From assembly GCF_058153355.1 (NCBI RefSeq), contig NZ_CM177019.1: DNA of 64,000 bases. One strand, given 5' to 3'. This document shows, in pieces, positions 1 to 7,673 of this stretch. The translations under genes were made by a program, and so were the position numbers. The notes under the pieces were generated by a model. The model ran no database searches, had not been told where the DNA came from, and saw only the letters and a program-made list of their open reading frames with translations. The stretch's first letter is position 1. Each line of letters opens with the position of its first letter.

Positions 1-509
1 GATATCACCGTCTCAGCTCCTGTATAAGCAAGGACAGCAGATTTTCATTCACTGCCCCGTTCAACCGAAGGGTGCCGTTTCTGAACGTAATCTCACAGGA
101 GATGCTGTGTATTTCCGGTGTTACTGACGGTCTTGCGGTCAGTGGCTCATTAGCCGGAGCAGTTGGGAGTTGGGCATCAATAGTGACAGGAATTAACTGA
201 GATTCTCTGCCTGATTCTGATGATGGCAATTTTATCTTCCCCTGCCGCCATTTCTGACGCCATTTGAACAACAGATTGGCATTAATACCATTGTCCAGGG
301 CCAGTCTGGAAATTGAAACACCTGGCTGGAATGATGCTTCTATGAGTCGTTGTTTGAATTCAGGAGGATAATTCAGGCACCCTTTAGGCCTTCCCGGAGA
401 GGCATTTTTTTGTATATCTGACATTTTTATCACCCACTATTAATTTAGTGGTGGATACTTTGTCCAAAGCATCGGGAATTTGCCAGACGGTCCTGATAAG
501 ACGCTTACG
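1..509 (-). mobile_element. IS66-family insertion sequence, partial (continues beyond window start); putative terminal inverted repeat ends near 509
   Basis: tnpA-like ORF at 5..433; a GTG overlapping the tnpA stop at the window edge begins a second ORF (V-I-S..., tnpB-like overlap arrangement); minus-strand sequence at 503..509 reads GTAAGCG, the GTAA terminus typical of IS66-family inverted repeats. Confidence 0.4.
5..433 (-). CDS. IS66-family transposase accessory protein TnpA (orf1-like, HTH)
   Basis: 142-aa ORF; motif PEFKQRLIEASFQPGVSISRLALDNGINANLLFKWRQKWRQG matches the HTH_Tnp_1 pattern of IS66 orf1 proteins. Confidence 0.55.
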   Translation of the reverse strand: MIKMSDIQKNASPGRPKGCLNYPPEFKQRLIEASFQPGVSISRLALDNGINANLLFKWRQKWRQGKIKLPSSESGRESQLIPVTIDAQLPTAPANEPLTARPSVTPEIHSISCEITFRNGTLRLNGAVNENLLSLLIQELRR

Positions 510-1244
510 CTAATGACGCTTATTGTCACGCAGAAAAATGAATTGAATTTATTCAGGAAAAAGCATGGTGCTCGTGTCCAGGGGGATGGTTTTTTTGCCC
601 GCTGTCTGTGGTCTGTAACTACATCAACGCAGGGTATAAGAGCTCATCAACCTGATGTCCACGTAGATACCAGCGTTCTGGATAAATTTAACAAACGAGT
701 CGAGGAATTACTTGAACAAACGCTTGCCGGAACCACTCCCAGCGTTCTGCGCTTTTCTGTGGAAGCGGAACATCGCTTTGCTCAATATCAGAATGAAATT
801 GAGCAAAGAATATTAACAGAGAAAGGAGGGCATGAAGCACTGCCGGGAATTTTATCAAAGCTACCTGAGAATGCGGTAAGGCTGGCAGCATTAATGCACT
901 TTTTTTATGAATTTAAGGGTGATGAGATTGATGTAGCAACACTAAACTATATTTTTATGATTATGGAATATTATTACCAACAAGCAGTCAATATTTTGAC
1001 TGCCAGCCTGAGTTCCGATGAGGAGGACGCTAAAAGACTCTGGGAGTGGTTAATGACAGGCCATTTCTCGACGTCTACCTCAGTCGCGAAGTCAGAGATA
1101 AGACGTTATGCGCCCTACCAGCTGCGTGATGTAGTCCGCTATAACAAAGCGTTAAAATATCTTGAGGATATTGGTAGGATATATATAAAAAAGTACAAAA
1201 ACGGTAACGGTACTGTCAGTCAAGTGATTGATATCAATCGTTAA
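480..1244 (+). CDS. hypothetical protein, probably N-terminally truncated by the IS66-like element (possibly a DUF3987/YfjI-like C-terminal fragment)
   Basis: 254-aa ORF whose first codons lie inside the putative IS terminus; no recognisable catalytic motif. Confidence 0.3.
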   Translation: MPDGPDKTLTLMTLIVTQKNELNLFRKKHGARVQGDGFFARCLWSVTTSTQGIRAHQPDVHVDTSVLDKFNKRVEELLEQTLAGTTPSVLRFSVEAEHRFAQYQNEIEQRILTEKGGHEALPGILSKLPENAVRLAALMHFFYEFKGDEIDVATLNYIFMIMEYYYQQAVNILTASLSSDEEDAKRLWEWLMTGHFSTSTSVAKSEIRRYAPYQLRDVVRYNKALKYLEDIGRIYIKKYKNGNGTVSQVIDINR

Positions 1245-1301
1245 TGTAAGATATGCATAACTACTCCTCTGCTTTTCCTGCTCCGAAGAGCAGAAATCGC
1301 A

Positions 1302-1311
1302 GGGGGGGGGG
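1302..1311. repeat. G10 homopolymer tract in an intergenic region
   Basis: direct read: a followed by ten g at 1302..1311. Confidence 0.9.
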
Positions 1312-1508
1312 ATTGCCTGAAAATTTTCCTGCATGAAAAGCACACTTTGTATCCGTATAGGAAAAACCAGACGACAACAGTGTAAACCTTACGGTTAACA
1401 TTTTAACCCAGGTCTGACGACTGTCAGGTTCGTGCTGATGCTTTTTATTTTCTGTGAAGCAGAATGCTTTGCTGAATGACATTTTGAGTTTCTGTATTAC
1501 AGGAGTGA

Positions 1509-1790
1509 TTGATGATTAGGTGCCACCTGAACAGACTGATGGGTGAACGCAGATTAAAGGTTGCCGATGTGGTCCGCGATACCGGTCTTCCGCGTAGCAC
1601 TGTCACAGCGCTCTGGAAAGATAACGCCACCCGGATTGAGTTGCCAGTGCTAAGCATTCTCTGTCATTATTTTAATTGTGATGTCAGTGAGTTACTGGAG
1701 TTTACTTCTGATGAAAGTCACGTTGAGTTATCTCGTCCAGGAAAAGGTTTAAATAATTTTTCACATCGTGTCTGGTTTATGCGTAAATAA
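1509..1790 (+). CDS. small XRE/Cro-like helix-turn-helix protein
   Basis: 93-aa ORF; LKVADVVRDTGLPRSTVTALW ... DVSELLEF resembles XRE-family HTH. Confidence 0.4.
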   Translation: MMIRCHLNRLMGERRLKVADVVRDTGLPRSTVTALWKDNATRIELPVLSILCHYFNCDVSELLEFTSDESHVELSRPGKGLNNFSHRVWFMRK

Positions 1791-1886
1791 GACAAAATCA
1801 TTAGTGGGTTGTATTTTAATGTTAATGATTTTGTCATTATTAATTTTAGATTTGTTGCTTTTTACCAAAGTTTTGTTTATTCATAG

Positions 1887-2606
1887 CTACCATTTTAAAT
1901 AATTACAAGCAGCAGTGTCTGCTCTATATGAACAGTTTATTTTAGCTGCTTCGTAGCCGATTAAACCTATAATGGGGTTATTGTTCTCATTGTCGTTGTA
2001 AATATCTTTTAGGAGGTTATCTCCTTGTTGGCTGGCCCAGCTCTGAGAGTCATTATTAAAATCATAATAATATTTTGCTGAGAGCAGTTGGACGGGTTGC
2101 TCGGTATCTGGCAAAACGCTCCAGATAATAATTTGCTTAACTCTGATGATTTCATTTTCAGCCTGTTTTTTAGCTGCGCTTAAACCTTCTTTCAATTTTG
2201 AATTGTCTGGTTCTTTCTTAAAACAATAAGGATCACTTCCATTGGCGACACAGGCCTCATTGTATTGGTCTATAGAGCGCTTTGCGCTTTCTATCAAACT
2301 GGCGTAGCCATTAGCAAACCGAGTCATTTCCCTTTTCCAAATGCTATTTGTTGCAGATGCCGACATATCACACGTATAAGTAACAGTCTGGTGTCCTTGT
2401 TCATCGGTTCCATCTTCCCATTTAAACAATTCACATCGCTGGCGATGCTCTAATGCAGTCCCAAGGGTTCTGGTTGAGTCTATATTTGATAATACCTGTG
2501 ATTTTATAATTTCCTGATTGTCTGAAGCGGATACATTATCACAGCCAGTAAGAATAAATATTGAGCAACTGATAAACAATCCAATAAGTACTTTTCTTTT
2601 AGACAT
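1887..2606 (-). CDS. hypothetical lipoprotein
   Basis: 239-aa ORF; N-terminal signal peptide with lipobox LTGC. Confidence 0.5.
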   Translation of the reverse strand: MSKRKVLIGLFISCSIFILTGCDNVSASDNQEIIKSQVLSNIDSTRTLGTALEHRQRCELFKWEDGTDEQGHQTVTYTCDMSASATNSIWKREMTRFANGYASLIESAKRSIDQYNEACVANGSDPYCFKKEPDNSKLKEGLSAAKKQAENEIIRVKQIIIWSVLPDTEQPVQLLSAKYYYDFNNDSQSWASQQGDNLLKDIYNDNENNNPIIGLIGYEAAKINCSYRADTAACNYLKW

Positions 2607-2682
2607 GAGTGATTCCTTTTTAAGTTTTGGTAAATTACGTGACCTTGACTAAATCAGGTCTGATAAGATGGTTAATCTGGTT

Positions 2683-3153
2683 TTAATGAATGAAGGGCAT
2701 ATGTTCGATGCCTGTATAAAGTAAATTGCTCCTGGCATTGATCGTATTGGTCAGACAGGCGTGACTTTCAATTTCTTTACCCATAGAGTTCATGACACTG
2801 ATATGAGCATCAGGCTGACCTTTGTACTCTTCATAAGTGATAGCCATAGCGCCTTCTATATTCTCTCCAGTTCCTCGCAATACAAAGACTCTATTGTCAG
2901 TAACATCATTTGCGGTGATGGACTGCTGCGCTTGACCTGAATGAGTATTCAGTTTGATGACTACGCTGCCTTTATCAGAACTTTTATCCTGTGATTTATA
3001 GGTAATATATACGATGTCTTTTTTATGACTCAGTGTCATAACCCCACCAGTATCAAGTGTGCATTTTAGATCCCAGTTTTCCTGACCAGCCAGTGAAGAA
3101 CTGCTTAACAACATTAGTATATAAAAAGATGCTTTTATTTTTACAATATTCAT
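2683..3153 (-). CDS. hypothetical secreted protein
   Basis: 156-aa ORF with hydrophobic N-terminal signal sequence ending ...SSLAGQ. Confidence 0.45.
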   Translation of the reverse strand: MNIVKIKASFYILMLLSSSSLAGQENWDLKCTLDTGGVMTLSHKKDIVYITYKSQDKSSDKGSVVIKLNTHSGQAQQSITANDVTDNRVFVLRGTGENIEGAMAITYEEYKGQPDAHISVMNSMGKEIESHACLTNTINARSNLLYTGIEHMPFIH

Positions 3154-3189
3154 ATAGCCTGCTGATTAAGTGGGGCGACTATTCTTAAT

Positions 3190-3945
3190 TTATGAAGCTG
3201 CTCCTCTATTAATACTCTTTATCTGATGAGCAATATTTTTATATGAACGATGATTAGCCGAGTTCATTACATCATGGATATAAGGAAAATGAGGTAAGGA
3301 TGAGATGAACCGCTCACCCGCAGTGAGATGGCAGATGTCATCTCTGCGCACAAAACTCTCTGTGGTTAACTTCACCTGGATGATGCTGGCTACTGGAATA
3401 ACCCTGATTATTTCGGCCTGACAGGCAACTAAATACCATTTTCCTTCCGTGTGAATAAGACGATAAGGTTCAAAGACCGCGTGAGAATCATTGCCAGTCA
3501 GCAAATGAATACAGTTTTGTTGACAGATCGCCTGTATCAGCCGCTGAAAACATTCTGATGATACAACCGAGTCAGAATGCGATGAAGACCAGATAAGGCA
3601 GGGAGAATACGACGTTTCACCCGTGAGGTAATGCATCAACCTGCGATCAGGTGACGGAAATAATTGAGAGATTCCGGTGTTACGCATAAACGCCAGAACA
3701 TCTAATGAACTGTCTGTAAAGCGTTTCCCGTCAAGTCGCCAGCGCCCATTCTCACTAACGATATTAAGGTGGAGTAATCGCTGGTGGAAATCTCGCTGTA
3801 GCGTTCGTTCAGATACTCCAAACTCTTCTGCCAGGTTTTTTAGGTCAAGAGACTCTCCTGACAGTAACCGGCTAATAATCTGTGTCAGCCTGATGGCAAA
3901 CCGGTCATAACGAGTCGATGTAGTGTTCATCAGAAAAACGTCCAT
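3190..3945 (-). CDS. WYL-domain transcriptional regulator (YfjR/BrxR-like); start codon uncertain (ORF extends to 4068)
   Basis: motif EPYRLIHTEGKWYLVACQ (WYL signature) plus N-terminal HTH-like region LKNLAEEFGVSERTLQRD. Confidence 0.55.
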   Translation of the reverse strand: MDVFLMNTTSTRYDRFAIRLTQIISRLLSGESLDLKNLAEEFGVSERTLQRDFHQRLLHLNIVSENGRWRLDGKRFTDSSLDVLAFMRNTGISQLFPSPDRRLMHYLTGETSYSPCLIWSSSHSDSVVSSECFQRLIQAICQQNCIHLLTGNDSHAVFEPYRLIHTEGKWYLVACQAEIIRVIPVASIIQVKLTTESFVRRDDICHLTAGERFISSLPHFPYIHDVMNSANHRSYKNIAHQIKSINRGAAS

Positions 3946-4166
3946 GGATAACTTACTGTTTTTAATGATGTTATTATGAATCATGAGCACGACAGGATAT
4001 GTCGTAGTAACGGGAGGAATAGAGAAAAAACGTCCAGACAAATAACTAAGTAATATCCTGATTAACAATAACTATTTTTTCCAGAGACAGAACTGAAGCA
4101 GGTCGCGACATATCCTGTCGCTGAAACTCATAATTTTCAGGTGGCTTAACTCAGTGGGTAGATGTA

Positions 4167-5051
4167 TTAGAAAAACCAGTGCCATATTGCGGTAGCTGCA
4201 TTCTCCAGCCCTTCTCTGAGCACTCCCAACCCGTTGCGTATCATGTTGGGGAGAGGTATGGCCTCCAGAATCCTGCTCAATAATTCTCCCAACAAATCCG
4301 CGAAATCCTTTCGGGCCTTCGTCTCCGATTCTTTGGTGCGATGTTCTTTCCTGATCTGGCGAAAGACGCCACTGGTAGCCTCTGGTGGCAGGGCAAAAAT
4401 CATTGTTTCAACTATACGAGACATGTTGTAACCGGTTTTTGCTGAAACAGCATGCACCGGGTAAGGGGTAAAGAACTGGCGGGAAACGGCAGCACTTCTC
4501 GCTGTGAGCGTCATGAGTTGCTTCACTGAAGGAGATCCTTTTTCACGATCCCATTCCAGTGATGGCTCGGCTTTGTCAGCCTGGTTGATAACAAAAACAA
4601 TGCTGTCTGTCGATACGCCACAATCCAGTAGAAAACGGTGGAATTCTTCGTCTGTGGTACAGGCGCGGTCATCGGCTTTCATCACCCAGAGAATGAGATC
4701 CAGCTTCGGTAACTGTTCCTGATACATCTGGCGATATATCTCATCATGCTTCAGCGATTCACCTGCGCCCGGCAGATCGATCAGCGTCAGGCTGCGTCCT
4801 CCAGCGTTCAGGGTAAAATGCAAAGGTTTACGTGTGCAGCCTTCTGCATGGCTGACTGGGCTGAGAGGATGTTCAAAAAGAGCATTGCAAAGCGAGGATT
4901 TTCCGGCACCTGTTTTGCCCATGATGCCAATCACGGGTTCGTAATGAATACTCTGGCGTATATGCTCCAGAACCAAATCGGAGATATGTTCAGGAAGAAT
5001 GGATAAAGGTTGCTTCAGGACATTAATGCCCCGTTCAAAGGAATCAGACAT
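4167..5051 (-). CDS. YfjP/YkfA-family GTPase (P-loop GTP-binding protein)
   Basis: G1 motif GKTGAGKSS, DLPG (G3-like) and NQADK (G4 NKxD-like); GGAGG RBS upstream of the ATG at 5051; ORF extends to 5105. Confidence 0.6.
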   Translation of the reverse strand: MSDSFERGINVLKQPLSILPEHISDLVLEHIRQSIHYEPVIGIMGKTGAGKSSLCNALFEHPLSPVSHAEGCTRKPLHFTLNAGGRSLTLIDLPGAGESLKHDEIYRQMYQEQLPKLDLILWVMKADDRACTTDEEFHRFLLDCGVSTDSIVFVINQADKAEPSLEWDREKGSPSVKQLMTLTARSAAVSRQFFTPYPVHAVSAKTGYNMSRIVETMIFALPPEATSGVFRQIRKEHRTKESETKARKDFADLLGELLSRILEAIPLPNMIRNGLGVLREGLENAATAIWHWFF

Positions 5052-5215
5052 GTAGCCTCCGGAATGAAAAAATTCGATACAGCAACTTCGCTGCAATGTA
5101 TTCATTGCGGTAATACAGGTCTGTTTTTTTTTGCATTCGAATTACGGGGAGGAATGTGGTTTTGTGGAGCAAACCGGGGGCATTGCCCCGGTTCACTGAT
5201 ATGGTGAAATGATAT

Positions 5216-5455
5216 CTAACGTCGCATTACCCATTCATTCAGTTCTGACTCCAGCCAGCCAACGGATTGCCTTCCCAAGCGTTTTTGTTTTGGAAATGTT
5301 CCATCGTAGCGTGGCGATTTTGGATTAAGCCAGTCGTATATGGTTGAGCGTGAAATTCCCATTTTTTTCATTACATCTTTTAGCCTCAAGATCCTCGGTG
5401 AATCAGGAATATTTGCGTAACTGGATGTATGTAAGGAGGGAGGGTTCTGTAACAT
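5216..5455 (-). CDS. alpA: AlpA-family phage regulatory protein (HTH)
   Basis: 79-aa ORF; ISRSTIYDWLNPKSPRYDGTFPK matches the AlpA signature of P4/CP4-57-type elements. Confidence 0.65.
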   Translation of the reverse strand: MLQNPPSLHTSSYANIPDSPRILRLKDVMKKMGISRSTIYDWLNPKSPRYDGTFPKQKRLGRQSVGWLESELNEWVMRR

Positions 5456-5568
5456 CTAGGCTTCCTTAGTATGAGTTTGTTCGGGTGGGTCCATATTGCC
5501 AACCACGCTGGGGCTGTCATACACTGGAAGTAACATTAAAATAAAATCACTTTAGGGATTTACTTTTC

Positions 5569-6450
5569 ATGAAGGATGTGGGTGCGAATTTTTTTGATGA
5601 TTTCTATCTGCAAGTTTGTACCGCTTGTGAGGACAAACTTCTTGAGCTGGAATGGAAACTTGAAGTCGAAAAAAAGGAGAGCAACCAAGATGTTCTGCGC
5701 ACTTACAGGCAAAGAGCCTATGATAAAATTGAAGAATTTAAAATTATTGAGTATTCAAAAATACAATGTCAATATTTTGTAGATATGACTAATAGCGACA
5801 ATATACGCTACTCACAAGAGTTTATAAATGTTGATGGAATAATGGTTGAGAAACCTTTTATTTATAAGGAAACATATGCAGAATATCGGATTGAAATTCG
5901 AGGAAAAATGGACGGGTATAAACTGACAGGATTAGCAAGACTATATGATGCACATTATGAATATATATATCTATCTATGGCTTTAGAAGATTTTTACTGG
6001 GCGCAGTTCCAATATTCATTGGGCAATAAAAAAGAAAGTTGTAAGTTTCTTCTTGATGCTTATTCTTATATGAATGTCTGTATTTCGCGAGATGATAACC
6101 GAGACTCACCGAGTTTTCATCGATTAAGAAGTGGTTTTGATAAAGTATGCAGAAGAGCGCGCTCAAGCGCTGGAGGGAAAAATAAACTTGCAGAACTTGA
6201 ATATATTAAAGATACAGTTGTTATCTTACTTGAAGATATTCCTTCACATAGCGACTGGAAAAATAAACGTCAACTTCTTGAATATTTAATGCCCTATATT
6301 TGTAATAATGATAAAAAGGTCAATCCAGATAAATGGATAAATGATACAGGCGATAGAGAGGAAACTATCCGCCGCAGACTTAATAAATGGTTTACAGGTG
6401 ATCTAAAAGTAGAGATTGATAAAGTCCTAAAGAACAATACTAACAATTAA
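5569..6450 (+). CDS. hypothetical protein, AT-rich orphan
   Basis: 293-aa ORF, strongly AT-rich codon usage, transcribed divergently from alpA; no recognisable motif. Confidence 0.5.
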   Translation: MKDVGANFFDDFYLQVCTACEDKLLELEWKLEVEKKESNQDVLRTYRQRAYDKIEEFKIIEYSKIQCQYFVDMTNSDNIRYSQEFINVDGIMVEKPFIYKETYAEYRIEIRGKMDGYKLTGLARLYDAHYEYIYLSMALEDFYWAQFQYSLGNKKESCKFLLDAYSYMNVCISRDDNRDSPSFHRLRSGFDKVCRRARSSAGGKNKLAELEYIKDTVVILLEDIPSHSDWKNKRQLLEYLMPYICNNDKKVNPDKWINDTGDREETIRRRLNKWFTGDLKVEIDKVLKNNTNN

Positions 6451-6681
6451 TATTATTATGGTTTTGATATTTTTATGTCTATCAGGAGGGCTACTATACG
6501 ATCAGTCTTGATGGGTTTGAAATTACATCGCTATGAAAATACCCCACATAAATCTATTGGAAAACCAATCATTGTTAATATGACTATTGTTATGATGACT
6601 GTTGTAATTGTGTCTACACGAGAAATTGAATGAAATTTATAGGTTTGAAGTAGCCTTAGTGGTAGTCGAAAATAATTATGT

Positions 6682-6713
6682 AAATGGGCCTGCATTTTGC
6701 AAGAAGGCCCATT
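6682..6713. terminator. hairpin between convergent genes (aaatgggcc ... ggcccattt)
   Basis: 9-bp inverted repeat read directly. Confidence 0.3.
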
Positions 6714-6717
6714 TACG

Positions 6718-7047
6718 TCAGGGGTAAATTATATATCCCATAATCGCACAGATTAACCGGTAATCACTCACGTAGAAGATTTCCGGATTCTCAGTGCTTT
6801 GTTCACCGATAAAGAAGACTTGAGCTCTCTCTTTAGCTTTTTTATTTACTGCTTCTTTTGCTTCTTCCTGCACAGTTTCAAGCTCATTCAAAAGCATAGT
6901 CTTTTTGGCTTTTGACCAGTCTCCCCACTCAATGTGTAGTTTATAGCTACGCGAGGGCTTAAACTTACCAGATTCGTCTTTTGCCCATTCTCCCGAGAGC
7001 GGAATGACAATTCGGTTTTCGTCTTGCTCAAATTTCTGCCATAACAA
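6718..7047 (-). CDS. hypothetical protein (109 aa)
   Basis: ORF co-directional with and downstream of the STAND gene; no motif recognised. Confidence 0.4.
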   Translation of the reverse strand: MLWQKFEQDENRIVIPLSGEWAKDESGKFKPSRSYKLHIEWGDWSKAKKTMLLNELETVQEEAKEAVNKKAKERAQVFFIGEQSTENPEIFYVSDYRLICAIMGYIIYP

Positions 7048-7094
7048 CTGCGAATAAAAAACTCGGCGCTCAGGGTAGGGTTGAACCGGGTCTT

Positions 7095-7628
7095 TTAGTT
7101 TTTTAACACGGTCATGTAAGTATCGGCATTAATACCTGGGATAATTAATGACATACCACGGTCATACGGGAAGCGAATAAATGCCCTACAAATCTGGCGA
7201 ATAGCATTAACCGGGCGGCGGGATTGCCGCGCTGGAGCATTTCCCTCGCTGGATGCCGATGTTGTAGAACGTATTGGATTGGGTTTGTTGTTGTTACCAG
7301 TAGTGTCAGGATCAACAACGGGTCGATTTTCAATCAGTTTTAATCCTGCAGGCATCAAACCTGGTGCGCTATCTAACATGCGGCGGACGCTTTTCTTCTG
7401 CCCCTGTTTAACCACTGTGCTTTCTGCATCAGCATCGCAATTAATGTGCTCTTTTCCAGGCATTTTATTAAACGAAGGTCTTTTCTTACTTCCTTTTTGC
7501 CAAGCAGAAGGATACATCTCAATCCCACATCCCCAGCATACGTAACTGTTCGTATCTACAACATCAAGTAACCAAAGATCTTCTGCCTCAATAATCTCAC
7601 TGGTATATTTATCACGTGCAGATTCCAT
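7095..7628 (-). CDS. hypothetical protein (177 aa) with a CxxC motif
   Basis: good RBS (aaaggagaaatc then ATG); starts 45 bp after the STAND gene stop; contains C-W-G-C. Confidence 0.5.
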   Translation of the reverse strand: MESARDKYTSEIIEAEDLWLLDVVDTNSYVCWGCGIEMYPSAWQKGSKKRPSFNKMPGKEHINCDADAESTVVKQGQKKSVRRMLDSAPGLMPAGLKLIENRPVVDPDTTGNNNKPNPIRSTTSASSEGNAPARQSRRPVNAIRQICRAFIRFPYDRGMSLIIPGINADTYMTVLKN

Positions 7629-7673
7629 GATTTCTCCTTTAAACAGAATTCCTGTGAAGGCGGCTACTAGCCT

